64,000 nt of DNA. Origin: Escherichia phage slur14. Of the stretch, positions 9,984 through 20,150 are shown piece after piece (position 1 is the first letter of the stretch; the number at the start of each line of letters is the position of its first letter). The notes under the pieces were generated by a model. The model was given only the letters and a program-made list of their open reading frames with translations, did no database searches and was not told the origin of the DNA. Where the stretch lies: sequence record NC_028448.1; one strand, given 5' to 3'. The translations under genes were made by a program, and so were the position numbers.

Positions 9984-10160
9984 TTACCCTTTAAGTAAGT
10001 CGTAAAAACCACCATTCACATGCTTAGGAGCAGAAGGCCGACGAGTAGACAAACGATGACATTTAGGGCAAACATCATTTTCTCGTTCAGAAATCTTTTT
10101 AATTTTTTCATATTCATGCCCGCAATCTTCGGATTGGCATTTATAATCATACATTGGCAT
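9984..10160 (-). CDS. small zinc-ribbon protein (58 aa)
   Basis: Manual translation MPMYDYKCQSEDCGHEYEKIKKISERENDVCPKCHRL...; two CxxC pairs; AAGGAA SD; absent from ORF track. Confidence 0.45.
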   Translation of the reverse strand: MPMYDYKCQSEDCGHEYEKIKKISERENDVCPKCHRLSTRRPSAPKHVNGGFYDLLKG

Positions 10161-10162
10161 AA

Positions 10163-10582
10163 TTATTCCTTAAAGTGTGCTTTCAACATCTGATACAAGG
10201 ACCATGCCTGTTCATTATTTTCAATAGTAACTTTCATGACTGGGAATTTTGTGAAATCTTCTATTTGTTCTTGCTCTTCCTGCTCTTGTTCTTCAGCTGC
10301 CTGATATGGATTTTCCACTTCATCAAAGAACCCAGCTTCGTTAGTAGAAAGCCAGATAAAGTTTTCGTCAAGGATATCACCATGTGTTGCATATCCAACT
10401 GTGCCAGTAGATGTCACAATTTTAGTAGGACGACCAAGATGGTCAACATCTAAAATTTTAAAAGGATGCATACCTAAGCGGCGTGCATAGATTCCGTTAT
10501 CAGTATGGTCTTTAATAAAAGCTTCTTGAGCTTGTTTATTTTTAAATTGATACCATTTATTAACTTCAAATTTAATAGCCAT
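10163..10582 (-). CDS. hypothetical acidic protein (139 aa), possibly GoF by size and position
   Basis: ORF track; [10 protein letters not shown] acidic repeat. Confidence 0.5.
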   Translation of the reverse strand: MAIKFEVNKWYQFKNKQAQEAFIKDHTDNGIYARRLGMHPFKILDVDHLGRPTKIVTSTGTVGYATHGDILDENFIWLSTNEAGFFDEVENPYQAAEEQEQEEQEQIEDFTKFPVMKVTIENNEQAWSLYQMLKAHFKE

Positions 10583-10797
10583 TAATAAATTTCCTTCCAG
10601 TAAGTTGTACCGTCTTCAGTGATTTCACGGAATACACCATAAATCGGTTGTTTATCACCAACCTTTTCATACACATAAACCGAAGTCAAGTGAGTAAACT
10701 TGATGGTGTGTTCCTTTTGAACTACTACCAAATTTGGATCGAATAATACATCTTCAAATTCGTCATTAGTGCAGTTCTGAACAATTTTACGTTTCAT
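10582..10797 (-). CDS. hypothetical protein (71 aa), possibly Cef by size and position
   Basis: ORF track. Confidence 0.45.
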   Translation of the reverse strand: MKRKIVQNCTNDEFEDVLFDPNLVVVQKEHTIKFTHLTSVYVYEKVGDKQPIYGVFREITEDGTTYWKEIY

Positions 10798-10810
10798 TAC
10801 AATTTCCTCA

Positions 10811-11080
10811 TTAATTGAACAGTGGAGCGATGCGTTTCAGAAGAGTAGCAGCACCTTTGGCGAATTTTACATCATGAAAAACAGTTTCTTCTTCCGTTAC
10901 AACACGAGCTTTAATGTTTTCACAATCCCAATTTTTACGAACAATCTTCAAAAGCTGCAGTAAATCTTTACATTCAGCAATATCGATAACACATCCACGA
11001 GAATCTTCCATTATCGCACGATAACCATAAGCCATACCATAATCGTTGAAAGATTGCTCGATGATAATTAAGTTTTCCAT
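10811..11080 (-). CDS. hypothetical protein (89 aa)
   Basis: Track ORF starts at TTG; trimmed to ATG with GGAGAA SD. Confidence 0.5.
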   Translation of the reverse strand: MENLIIIEQSFNDYGMAYGYRAIMEDSRGCVIDIAECKDLLQLLKIVRKNWDCENIKARVVTEEETVFHDVKFAKGAATLLKRIAPLFN

Positions 11081-11177
11081 TTTATTCTCCAAGTTGTTTT
11101 CTGTATCAGTAGTTGATATTGATATAGTACCATAATCAACTACTGATGTATATAGTTTTATGAAAAAATTTTAAACT

Positions 11178-11669
11178 TTATGCATAACGAGCTTTGCTAT
11201 AGTGTTTAATCCAGCTTTCAGGAATGACTTTGTATGTTCCTAAAAATACCGTGTTGTACAACTTAACACCGTCTTCTACCCATTGATCGGTAATGTATGC
11301 ACACATAGCGCGAGTACGGTTAACAACACCTTCCTCACCTTCAGTAAATTCAAACTCATAAGGAGCAACGAACTTGATAGCTTGACCGAGTTTCCACTTA
11401 AAGTCTACACCTACATGCGAAGTATCAATCGTTTCAATTCCTTTAGCGGGAACAGCTTTCAAAAACGCAGGCTCAAGAAATTTCCATCGAACATAACCAA
11501 ACTGAGGTTTAGACATTCCATCTTTAGGAATGATACGCACTTTTACTTCAGAATCTTCATCTTTAACACCATGTTTAAGCTGAATGCTTACGACTTCAAC
11601 CAATTTTCCTGCTGCTTTAGAACGGGATTTATCAGATACACGAGCAATTTCACCGATATTAATATTCAT
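11178..11669 (-). CDS. motB: MotB-like protein
   Basis: 163 aa; position upstream of dexA as in T4; C-terminal TDQWVEDGVKLYN motif shared with next ORF. Confidence 0.6.
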   Translation of the reverse strand: MNINIGEIARVSDKSRSKAAGKLVEVVSIQLKHGVKDEDSEVKVRIIPKDGMSKPQFGYVRWKFLEPAFLKAVPAKGIETIDTSHVGVDFKWKLGQAIKFVAPYEFEFTEGEEGVVNRTRAMCAYITDQWVEDGVKLYNTVFLGTYKVIPESWIKHYSKARYA

Positions 11670-11742
11670 AATTATCTCTCACTTGTTAAAAAGATTTTAT
11701 ACTCCGCAGGACCATTATACTCTGGTCCCAAGAGTTTGTAAA

Positions 11743-12246
11743 CTAGCTTACACGAACATTAATCACTGCGCTGCGAGGAACTACAGAGTACTCTCCAGCA
11801 TGAACTACATTAAGAAGTTCAACGCCATCTTCAATCCACTGGTCAGTTACCCAACCGCCGACCGGATTCGCGAATGGACGACGAATGTAAACTGCCTTAC
11901 ACAACAAATCAGTCGGGTCTTCAATTTTTTCAACTGGTGCCACATACATAGAAACTAAATCCATATCAATATGGGATTTTTCCTGTTCTTCTTTTTCAAT
12001 TTCTGTCAATAGACTAAAATCTTTTTCATAAATAATAAGCGATGACACCATTCCATAATAGTTTCTAATTTCAATATACATCATGCCGATAAGAATTCCG
12101 CTATTAACACTAATAACAGTAAAAGGATATCCGCCAGTTAAAGCAAGAAGTTCACAAAACTTATTATGAGCTGTATTAGACAGTACCGGAAAATTCTTAA
12201 TTTCATCAAATTTTTTCAATTGATAAACAGCATTATTTTTAATCAT
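11743..12246 (-). CDS. MotB paralog (167 aa)
   Basis: C-terminal TDQWIEDGVELLNVVHAGEY resembles MotB C-terminus. Confidence 0.5.
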   Translation of the reverse strand: MIKNNAVYQLKKFDEIKNFPVLSNTAHNKFCELLALTGGYPFTVISVNSGILIGMMYIEIRNYYGMVSSLIIYEKDFSLLTEIEKEEQEKSHIDMDLVSMYVAPVEKIEDPTDLLCKAVYIRRPFANPVGGWVTDQWIEDGVELLNVVHAGEYSVVPRSAVINVRVS

Positions 12247-12256
12247 AATTTTCTCT

Positions 12257-12760
12257 TTAATCTAAGGTAATAAAGCCTTTTAGTTCGGCATGTGACTTGC
12301 GGAACATTACTTGATGCCCGCCAACGATAACTTGGTCATCTGGTACTTCGTATACAGCAAGATAAAATCCTTTCGAAGCTAATTCTTCACGCTCTTCTCG
12401 TGTGAACCATCTCATCATATCATATTCGCTAGCGAAAGCAAAATGATAAAGAGCTATAAACCATCCTGGAATATAGTGATCTACGCCTACATATTCTTCT
12501 TTCTCAAAATTAGTATTAATTGCTATATTAGCATTTTTAACTAATAATTTGTCTTCATGCGGCACAGGAATTCTTTTATTATCATTACTATGATGCATAA
12601 AATTGGGTCTGTCATAACCTACGCGTAATAACCACTCTTCACTCCATGAATCTATTATACTCCTGTACGGAGTTATTTGAACACAAAGATCTCGACGTAT
12701 TGTTATAGCATCTTCATAATTAAGAATACTAAATGATGATTCAACACGATAAATTTTCAT
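12257..12760 (-). CDS. hypothetical protein (167 aa)
   Basis: ORF track; GAGGATAAT SD; promoter cassette upstream. Confidence 0.55.
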   Translation of the reverse strand: MKIYRVESSFSILNYEDAITIRRDLCVQITPYRSIIDSWSEEWLLRVGYDRPNFMHHSNDNKRIPVPHEDKLLVKNANIAINTNFEKEEYVGVDHYIPGWFIALYHFAFASEYDMMRWFTREEREELASKGFYLAVYEVPDDQVIVGGHQVMFRKSHAELKGFITLD

Positions 12761-12770
12761 TTTATTATCC

Positions 12771-12817
12771 TCAGTAGCTATGGTGTTATAATACCATAAC
12801 TAACCGAGGAAGTAAAC
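12771..12817 (-). promoter_or_regulatory. early promoter cassette
   Basis: GTTTAC ... TGGTATTATAAC on minus strand. Confidence 0.55.
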
Positions 12818-12823
12818 AACTTT

Positions 12824-13507
12824 TTATCGTTTAATTGGAAGAGATAGAGGATCGCATTCTTCCTCTGACGGAGCATCTTCAAGACCCATAGCGTATCGCA
12901 AAGCATACTTCATCATCAGAATGTCTTTCGCACAGTCATGAATAGAATCATGTGCAACGAATCCATCTAAAGTTCCTTTTGGAAGAGGACACGTGGTCAT
13001 ATCACGAACAAGCAGAAGTGCTTCAATTCTGGTACGAATATCACGCTGATTCCAGAATTTACAAGGTTCTAACTTAAATGTATCAAGCTCATTCTCGGAA
13101 ACGCCGTTAAGACGTTGAATATCGCGAATGAGATCGACTAAAATTGGAAAATCAAACGACATTCCACGGCACCAACCTTGAGATTTCCAAGGATCGATGT
13201 TATGTGCATTGATGTAATCATTAAATTTTGCAATACCATCGATAGTGCTTACATCTTCATCGGATGGTGCAATATTTTTTCGAGCTTCAGGAGATTGATT
13301 CTTCCACCATTCGATAGTACTTTTAGTAAAAAGACGATGTCCTTTTTGGCTTTTTAAATCAAATTTGATTTTAATGCCACGTGAAACTAATTCATCAAAT
13401 GTTTCAACCACTTCTGGATTAGGGTCAAAAGCAATTACAGCTAAATCAATAACCGCTGCTTTTTCACCACTTCCCATTGTTTCAAAATCTATAATAAAAT
13501 CAAACAT
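12824..13507 (-). CDS. dexA: exonuclease A (DEDDh 3'-5' exonuclease)
   Basis: 227 aa; MFDFIIDFETMG...; length and sequence as T4 DexA from memory. Confidence 0.9.
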   Translation of the reverse strand: MFDFIIDFETMGSGEKAAVIDLAVIAFDPNPEVVETFDELVSRGIKIKFDLKSQKGHRLFTKSTIEWWKNQSPEARKNIAPSDEDVSTIDGIAKFNDYINAHNIDPWKSQGWCRGMSFDFPILVDLIRDIQRLNGVSENELDTFKLEPCKFWNQRDIRTRIEALLLVRDMTTCPLPKGTLDGFVAHDSIHDCAKDILMMKYALRYAMGLEDAPSEEECDPLSLPIKR

Positions 13508-13764
13508 TAAATTTTCCTCGCTAAATCACGAATTTGACCTACAGTATAGTCTTGAATATAAACTTTATTGATAGGCTCATCAATAAATTTTGCCATAGAT
13601 TCAATGTCTTTTTGTATTTCTTCAAGACTGTATACTATCTTTAAAGCTTTTTCGCGAATAGTAATATTTTCAGGACCCTGATTTTCTTTAATGACAGCTT
13701 TAACATTTGCCATAAGAGATTTAAATTGGTACCAACTTAATTCAATCATTAATAATCGCCTCAT
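13507..13764 (-). CDS. hypothetical protein (85 aa), member of three tandem paralogs
   Basis: ORF track; similar helical pattern to the two following ORFs. Confidence 0.5.
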   Translation of the reverse strand: MRRLLMIELSWYQFKSLMANVKAVIKENQGPENITIREKALKIVYSLEEIQKDIESMAKFIDEPINKVYIQDYTVGQIRDLARKI

Positions 13765-14002
13765 AAAGATAGCTAATTTCGCCTAAAACATAATCATTAA
13801 TTGTAACAGTTTTCACTTCACCGCAAAAGAATTCTAACGCAATTAAATCTCGTTCAATTTCTTCTAATTGAAGCATCAACTTACTAGATTCAATTTTTAC
13901 AGTTTCACGATTTTTACCATGAGCAATTTCATAAATTTCGCTCACTTTATCTTGAAGCAGATAAAACTGGTCTTTAGTTATTTCCACGAATAGCTTCCTC
14001 AA
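13742..14002 (-). CDS. hypothetical protein (86 aa), tandem paralog
   Basis: ORF track. Confidence 0.5.
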   Translation of the reverse strand: MRKLFVEITKDQFYLLQDKVSEIYEIAHGKNRETVKIESSKLMLQLEEIERDLIALEFFCGEVKTVTINDYVLGEISYLYEAIIND

Positions 14003-14234
14003 ATTTAATTAGTAATTTACAGACACTTTCATCTAGTGTAATTACCGTATCTGTATTACTGTGATATGATTGTTTTTCAATTCGTTTAATTGCTAATATA
14101 GTATCACTTATAAGATAAAGCTTATGAAGGAGCTCAGCTCCTGTTACCATAACATTAAGATTATCTTGCTTATTAGTATGCTTCCTTATACCATCTATTA
14201 GACGATTTAAATATTTTGAATTGATGTTAATCAT
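13974..14234 (-). CDS. hypothetical protein (86 aa), tandem paralog
   Basis: ORF track. Confidence 0.5.
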   Translation of the reverse strand: MININSKYLNRLIDGIRKHTNKQDNLNVMVTGAELLHKLYLISDTILAIKRIEKQSYHSNTDTVITLDESVCKLLIKFEEAIRGNN

Positions 14235-14240
14235 ATAGCC

Positions 14241-15560
14241 TCACACATAAAACACATCATAACGACCACGGGTGACACCAACATAAAGAAGCTGCTGAGC
14301 TAGTTCAGCATCTGCATAATGAATACAAGGCGTATAAATGAAAGCACGGTCTACAGACATACCCTGAGCTTTATGGAATGTTGATGCAGGAAGTGCTTTC
14401 ACTTTACTAAACTGTGATTTAGCATCCCAAAAATCACTCCACGGAGCTTTTCCGCCTTTGTTCCAATTTTTATAAGTTTCTGCCGTTTTACCTAAAAATA
14501 GGTTAAACTTATATAGCTCTTCATCAGATGAAATTATTTTAATCTTTTCACGATAATATTCATCATCGCCGTAAGTTTCTACTGTTAAATCCCAATGACG
14601 AATTAAGTATTCTCCAGGAACACCACGAGCTTTAACAAATGTTGATGTATACTCTGCTTCTATAATACGAACTAATTGTCCGTTATTAAAAATAATTTCT
14701 GACACAGGCTTTCCATCAATTTTATATGTTTTAATTAATGGTTCCTGCATTACAATAATTTCACCGACAATAAAATCTTTATCAGTTTCAAAAATCTTTT
14801 TACGAATAATGCTATTTAACTTATCAACAGATTTATTCGTAAATGCCATTACGCGATTTTCAAACAAATCATCTAAAGATTTGACGATTGAAAAATAATT
14901 TACCATAAAATCGCGTAAAGCGGTATCACCAGTAAATCCACGTACTCCATGCCCGTCAACAACTTTATCATAAATCCACTTACCATTACGAACGTCAGTA
15001 GCTACATCAATAATAGGAGCATTACTGCGTTTAACTTCAGTGAGTTCACACTGATAAAAATCTTTATGTGTAAAGAACGGACTGATATAAGCAGTGTTTT
15101 CTCCTGGGTCAACAGGTCTAATTTGCTTATTATCGCCTATTCCAATTATAGTACACCAAGGTGGGATAGTTGAAAGCAGAATTTTAAATAGCTTTCTATC
15201 ATACATTGACACTTCGTCGCAGATTAATACCCTGCATTTAGCTAAATCTGGTACTTCCTTCTGCTCAAAAAGAACATTTTCTTCATATGTTACTGGGTTA
15301 ATTTTAAGAATACTATGAATAGTACTCGCTTCTTTCCCTGATAGTTTTGAAAGAATCTTTTTAGCCGCATGCGTAGGAGCTGCTAAAATAATACCAGTTT
15401 CACCCGTAGATATTAAAGCTTCAATGATGAACTTAGTAAGAGTAGTCTTACCAGTACCAGCAGGTCCATTAATAGTTACATGATGTTTCTTTTCTTTAAT
15501 AGCCCTCATAACGATGTTAAAGGCATTTTTCTGGCCTTCTGTCAAATCATCAAATGTCAT
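14241..15560 (-). CDS. dda: Dda DNA helicase (SF1)
   Basis: 439 aa; Walker A GPAGTGKTT; same length as T4 Dda. Confidence 0.95.
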   Translation of the reverse strand: MTFDDLTEGQKNAFNIVMRAIKEKKHHVTINGPAGTGKTTLTKFIIEALISTGETGIILAAPTHAAKKILSKLSGKEASTIHSILKINPVTYEENVLFEQKEVPDLAKCRVLICDEVSMYDRKLFKILLSTIPPWCTIIGIGDNKQIRPVDPGENTAYISPFFTHKDFYQCELTEVKRSNAPIIDVATDVRNGKWIYDKVVDGHGVRGFTGDTALRDFMVNYFSIVKSLDDLFENRVMAFTNKSVDKLNSIIRKKIFETDKDFIVGEIIVMQEPLIKTYKIDGKPVSEIIFNNGQLVRIIEAEYTSTFVKARGVPGEYLIRHWDLTVETYGDDEYYREKIKIISSDEELYKFNLFLGKTAETYKNWNKGGKAPWSDFWDAKSQFSKVKALPASTFHKAQGMSVDRAFIYTPCIHYADAELAQQLLYVGVTRGRYDVFYV

Positions 15561-15868
15561 CGGAAAGTCCCTGCAATTGGAATACTAACAATACGCCCAG
15601 TATCTAGAATTCGTTGATATAATCTTTGTGTATCTACATCAGGCTTAACGTGTTTAACTTCTATTTTATTAAACCAAAACTTGCGTGGAGTCTCAACTAG
15701 TCTTCGAATTCCCATACCTAAAGCTAGTTTATATTGGTCTTTGAGAGTAGTAAAAACTCTATCAGCAATCTCTCTTTCAAAAAATACAGCAGGACGATGT
15801 TCATCAAGTGGAACTGGCGCCGTAAATCCGTCTTTGTCTCGGTAAACTATCGCATATACATAAACCAT
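15557..15868 (-). CDS. hypothetical protein (103 aa)
   Basis: ORF track; overlaps dda start by 4 nt. Confidence 0.55.
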   Translation of the reverse strand: MVYVYAIVYRDKDGFTAPVPLDEHRPAVFFEREIADRVFTTLKDQYKLALGMGIRRLVETPRKFWFNKIEVKHVKPDVDTQRLYQRILDTGRIVSIPIAGTFR

Positions 15869-15869
15869 A

Positions 15870-16616
15870 TTATCCTCGGATAAGTTTAAAAATTGAACAA
15901 TTCAGCGGATATCCTCTTTTCAGTTTAAGTTTATCAATAAAAGACAAGTTTTGATACCGCTCTACACCTTGAATAATTTTATCACACATATCATATTGCA
16001 TTTCTGCTTCTGACAACTTTTTCACAATTTTCCAATCCGAGCCTTTAAGAAGAACGTTCAGTTTAACAACTTCAGCGCCTTCTGCTATGCGAGAACCATC
16101 AATACGAGCTTTAAGTGCTATAATCCTTAGCTTAATATCAGAGGTCTGTTTTGATTTAGAAAGCTTAGAAATGTGTTCAATTCGGTTTTCACGTTTTTTC
16201 TGTATAGCTTTAATTTGATTATAAGTCTTTTTGATTTTAGCCCATTTCTTTTCATCTAAATTTAGTTTATGAACTTTTTTCGCAGATGAACGACCAATTC
16301 GCAAAGCAAACAAATCACGCTTTTCGATCAACTCTTCTAAAGTATAATCAGAACGAAATGTATTATACTTTTTCTTTACTGCAATAACATTCCCTTTAAT
16401 GTATCCAACGTTATTATCAAAACGTTCTAATGATAATTTCTCTCCTTCAATACGATTATCAAAAGGTTCTCCTGAGTAAGCACAAACTTTCTGATCTAAA
16501 ATGTTCTTAATGTAATTGAAGTCTAAGTTAAAATCTTTAGAACGTCTTTTTGCAGATGCCTGGGTATGCTCTAGACGACGTTTAATTTTACGAATTTGGT
16601 TATTAGACAGCTTCAT
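15870..16616 (-). CDS. srd: basic protein (248 aa), Srd-like by position
   Basis: Position between dda.1 and modA; lysine/arginine rich. Confidence 0.45.
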   Translation of the reverse strand: MKLSNNQIRKIKRRLEHTQASAKRRSKDFNLDFNYIKNILDQKVCAYSGEPFDNRIEGEKLSLERFDNNVGYIKGNVIAVKKKYNTFRSDYTLEELIEKRDLFALRIGRSSAKKVHKLNLDEKKWAKIKKTYNQIKAIQKKRENRIEHISKLSKSKQTSDIKLRIIALKARIDGSRIAEGAEVVKLNVLLKGSDWKIVKKLSEAEMQYDMCDKIIQGVERYQNLSFIDKLKLKRGYPLNCSIFKLIRG

Positions 16617-16647
16617 ATTTTTCTCACATCTTACGGACGGTTAACTA

Positions 16648-16682
16648 CTTATACTATAACATTTTTACTTTAACTTGTAAAC
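16648..16682 (-). promoter_or_regulatory. early promoter
   Basis: GTTTAC ... GTTATAGTAT on minus strand upstream of srd-like gene. Confidence 0.45.
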
Positions 16683-16738
16683 AACTTTATGAAAAATGCT
16701 TTAAAACTTTCATGGTATAATGAATCTAAGTCCTTCCA

Positions 16739-17341
16739 TTATAGATTAAATCCTTCAAAATCAAGAGTATAGATAGTGTATGTTGAATACTTTTTGTATT
16801 CATATCTATCTGCAATTCTAAATACACTTCCAGCTGGTATCATTACTTCTTGTTCATCTGAAACTAATTCCATATTACGATAACGATGACTATCCGGAAA
16901 CTTAAAGTTTGGATTGTATTCTTTACAGCGTAGAGCTTTTATAGCATACTCCTGGAAATTGAACACCATAGGAGCTTTGAATTCAAAAATAACTTGTGTG
17001 TTATACTCTAAACCGGAAGCAAAATGTAGAGCTATATTTTTATCATATGAAGCTGATACGACTTTATCAAATGTAATAATATCAATTCCTTGATTTAACA
17101 CCTGCTTAGTCTCAGCTGGAACACCTCTCCAAAGAGGTTTATCGTTTGGAACCAAACGAGATTTGATTATTTCATTTAACCAAGTATGGTCATCTGGTTT
17201 GTTGGTAATACAATGAATTAAAAGTTCAATTTCAGATAAATTAAACCCTTCAGAAAGTAATTCTTCACGAATAGAAGCACGCACCGATGCATCCATTGAT
17301 TTTATTTTAAAATCTTTTAGTTGCATTATTGAGTATTTCAT
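16739..17341 (-). CDS. modA: ModA ADP-ribosyltransferase
   Basis: 200 aa; synteny srd-modA-modB. Confidence 0.75.
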   Translation of the reverse strand: MKYSIMQLKDFKIKSMDASVRASIREELLSEGFNLSEIELLIHCITNKPDDHTWLNEIIKSRLVPNDKPLWRGVPAETKQVLNQGIDIITFDKVVSASYDKNIALHFASGLEYNTQVIFEFKAPMVFNFQEYAIKALRCKEYNPNFKFPDSHRYRNMELVSDEQEVMIPAGSVFRIADRYEYKKYSTYTIYTLDFEGFNL

Positions 17342-17961
17342 TCAACTACCTCAATATCATAAACTTTAAATGTTCCAAATGAATCGTGTAATTTTTCTTT
17401 TGAAATAGAAGTTATTCTATACTTTCCAATTGGAATCATCCATTCTTGTTCACGCACAATCATCATTAAGTTATCAGTACGCTCTGAATCTAGCCCATCA
17501 GTATCTTCATACGTGTACTTAAACTCAGTATTAGGAGAAGAAAGTATAATATCGCTGATATGGTCAGAATAATTAAAAGCTTTATCAGTTTTTAAGCGAA
17601 GTATTATTTTAGTAAAATATTCAGCATAAGAAAAAGAACATGCTGTGAGTAAACTAGTAGTAAATGAATCTACCCTGTTCGTTGAAAACACTTCTCCAAC
17701 TTGTAAATCTTTAATAAGTTCTTCTGTTGATTTTGATATACCACGATATAACTGATATGGTGATTTAGTTAAATGCTTTTTAATGATTTTATTCAATTGC
17801 CGATGAAGAGCTTCATTCTTTTTAGCTTCCATACATTGCCAAAGAACAGACTGCTCAAAGTCAGTAAATTTTTCACAGACCTTTTTATACATATCATATT
17901 GAAAATCAACGCTTTCAGCTTTTATAGATAACTGTTCAACATCTGCAAGATTAATAATCAT
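17338..17961 (-). CDS. modB: ModB ADP-ribosyltransferase
   Basis: 207 aa; adjacent paralog of modA. Confidence 0.75.
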   Translation of the reverse strand: MIINLADVEQLSIKAESVDFQYDMYKKVCEKFTDFEQSVLWQCMEAKKNEALHRQLNKIIKKHLTKSPYQLYRGISKSTEELIKDLQVGEVFSTNRVDSFTTSLLTACSFSYAEYFTKIILRLKTDKAFNYSDHISDIILSSPNTEFKYTYEDTDGLDSERTDNLMMIVREQEWMIPIGKYRITSISKEKLHDSFGTFKVYDIEVVE

Positions 17962-17982
17962 GATAGCCTCCGTATACTTCAG

Positions 17983-18017
17983 AAGCTATCATATCATCGT
18001 TAGAAAGGAAAGTAAAC
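17983..18017 (-). promoter_or_regulatory. early promoter
   Basis: GTTTAC ... GATATGATAG on minus strand upstream of modB. Confidence 0.45.
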
Positions 18018-18028
18018 AACTTTTTGAA

Positions 18029-18211
18029 TTATTTTGCCCAGGGAGCCCAGGGCGGAGGGTCAAGATGGTATGAAGCTAGTTCTTCTAGAAGAGCATCTGG
18101 GGCTTCAATTCCATAATTCTGTAATACTATACGGTACTCTTTCTTATAATCACTAGAATCATTCTGGATATTCGTAGAATGATTATCTTCTAACATCTCA
18201 AATAAATCCAT
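18029..18211 (-). CDS. hypothetical protein (60 aa)
   Basis: ORF track. Confidence 0.4.
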   Translation of the reverse strand: MDLFEMLEDNHSTNIQNDSSDYKKEYRIVLQNYGIEAPDALLEELASYHLDPPPWAPWAK

Positions 18212-18219
18212 ATTAATTC

Positions 18220-18690
18220 CTAGCGATAAAAACCAAAGTGACGATTAGCTTCAACAATCTTTCTTTCTTCTTCGGACATTCTCCAGCGTAGTCCAACATC
18301 AAAATGAGCCCAGACCATCCTAACAAATGCATTTATATCTTTAATATCTTCAATAATGAATGTTTTACTTTTAGAAGGTTGACTCGCTAATTTAACTTTA
18401 TCGTCTTCAAACATGTCAAAAAGACCATATTCATGAGCTCTTTTATAGCCTTTAATAGTTAAAGCTTCAGAAGAAGAAAACGGTGAATCAGTATTCTGCA
18501 AAATATCTTCAGTATGCTTTATAATTAGAATAATATTTTCTGGATATTTTCTTTCTTTTATATCTTTAATTAAAATATCCGGATTTTCTGCTAAAGGAAT
18601 AATTAACGAGCAATTTTTATCAAGTGTATTTACTGATTTACCTTCTTTGGACATAAATTCTATTGAATAATGTTTTGCTACTTCAATCAT
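18220..18690 (-). CDS. hypothetical protein (156 aa)
   Basis: ORF track. Confidence 0.55.
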   Translation of the reverse strand: MIEVAKHYSIEFMSKEGKSVNTLDKNCSLIIPLAENPDILIKDIKERKYPENIILIIKHTEDILQNTDSPFSSSEALTIKGYKRAHEYGLFDMFEDDKVKLASQPSKSKTFIIEDIKDINAFVRMVWAHFDVGLRWRMSEEERKIVEANRHFGFYR

Positions 18691-18843
18691 GTGATTTCCT
18701 TTTGCCTACTAATGGACCGTCAGGAATTTTGTTTTCCTGGATATATTTCTCATTTTCTTCCATCATTTTACTGCCAATTTTAAGAAGCAAATCCAAGGCT
18801 TCATTTGCTTTTGCTTTGGCCTCTTCTAACGTCATATCTTTGC

Positions 18844-19047
18844 TCATGATTTATCACCGTAAATATCTCTCATTAATTTAAGAGCTGAGCGCTCTAATTT
18901 CTTTTCTTGCTCAGCTTTAATCATAGATTTCATCCACTCTTCTGATTCGTTCTGCATTTCTTTATTTGCTTGTTCAACCCAGCCATCATCAATATACATT
19001 GAGTTTGGTCTATTGAGCCATTCAAGAATCTTCTTCAGAACTTTCAT
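18844..19047 (-). CDS. hypothetical protein (67 aa), possibly Srh
   Basis: ORF track; position. Confidence 0.45.
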   Translation of the reverse strand: MKVLKKILEWLNRPNSMYIDDGWVEQANKEMQNESEEWMKSMIKAEQEKKLERSALKLMRDIYGDKS

Positions 19048-19507
19048 TTATTTTACCTAAAACAATAGTAGGAGCATCGTCAAATTCATGAATTTTTAGC
19101 AAATTTGGTTTTAAATTATTCCATACATAATAAATAAAGTATGATAAAGCATCTTCACTCGCAATTATAAATTTATTTCCTTCATTTATTTTCCAGTCAT
19201 ATACTGAATCGTACGAATAAAAAGATAAAGGATTACCATTATATTGTTCTGCGCTAACATTAATGTATTCGGATTTAGTAAATGCTTCAATTGCTCTAAA
19301 CGGACTATTTGGCACAGTTTCAATAATTCCGATCTTTTTAAGTTTTATTTCAACATCTTCTGGAACTGGCATTGAAACGAAATTTTCTACGAGATACATA
19401 GGGTTACAATAACCCTTATCAATCACTACGGCTACAGTAATTGGAACATCTTTAGCAAACGACATGCTATTACTGCTAATATACATTTCAAACAAAATCG
19501 CTTCCAT
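19022..19507 (-). CDS. hypothetical protein (161 aa), possibly Mrh
   Basis: Track ORF trimmed to ATG with GAGGAAAATT SD. Confidence 0.45.
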   Translation of the reverse strand: MEAILFEMYISSNSMSFAKDVPITVAVVIDKGYCNPMYLVENFVSMPVPEDVEIKLKKIGIIETVPNSPFRAIEAFTKSEYINVSAEQYNGNPLSFYSYDSVYDWKINEGNKFIIASEDALSYFIYYVWNNLKPNLLKIHEFDDAPTIVLGKINESSEEDS

Positions 19508-19515
19508 AATTTTCC

Positions 19516-19848
19516 TCAATCGCAAGATGTAGATGAACAACCAGAATCACAAGAACTTCCGCATGAATCACCTGCCCATACATGAACAGGGACATTTGTA
19601 TCATATGAATCAGAACTAGACTGTGTATTAGATGATGTAGTAGGTACTGACCAGCGCCAAGGATTTTTATAATATTCTTGGGCTTCTTCATAAGTCATAG
19701 TAACTGCTTCTACTGTTCCATCTCCCATATAAACATATTCAACTACAGTTAAAGAGAGGTAGTCATTTGAAATAGGAACTACACCTTCTCCGGGAGTTGT
19801 AGAGAAAAAATCCGTAAAGAAACTTTTAAACCAATTAAAGATAAACAT
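19516..19848 (-). CDS. hypothetical protein (110 aa) with Cys/Ser-rich C-terminal tail
   Basis: C-terminus [18 protein letters not shown]. Confidence 0.5.
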   Translation of the reverse strand: MFIFNWFKSFFTDFFSTTPGEGVVPISNDYLSLTVVEYVYMGDGTVEAVTMTYEEAQEYYKNPWRWSVPTTSSNTQSSSDSYDTNVPVHVWAGDSCGSSCDSGCSSTSCD

Positions 19849-20054
19849 TACAAAAAGCCTCTCTTGAATTCGACTTGCTTTTCGCCATAATCATATCGAA
19901 TCTCTGCATTAAATTCGACAGAACCATCTGCGTACATCATAAATGAATGCACAACAACTTCTGTAGACCATGGCTGTAGTTCATATTTCTTCATTACATG
20001 TCGTGAAATGATAATATCTAAATCTTCATTTGGTTTAATCCAGCGATTTAACAT
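19848..20054 (-). CDS. hypothetical protein (68 aa)
   Basis: ORF track; early promoter cassette upstream. Confidence 0.5.
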   Translation of the reverse strand: MLNRWIKPNEDLDIIISRHVMKKYELQPWSTEVVVHSFMMYADGSVEFNAEIRYDYGEKQVEFKRGFL

Positions 20055-20077
20055 AGTGCTCTCCTCTATAAGATAAT

Positions 20078-20110
20078 TCTATTATACCATACTCATTTTG
20101 GAAAGTAAAC
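20078..20110 (-). promoter_or_regulatory. early promoter
   Basis: GTTTAC ... TGGTATAAT on minus strand. Confidence 0.6.
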
Positions 20111-20124
20111 CATTTAAATGAAAA

Positions 20125-20146
20125 AAGGACTCCCGAAGGAGTCCTT
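20125..20146 (-). terminator. hairpin downstream of soc
   Basis: AAGGACTCC-CGAA-GGAGTCCTT flanked by A/T runs. Confidence 0.55.
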
Positions 20147-20150
20147 GAAT

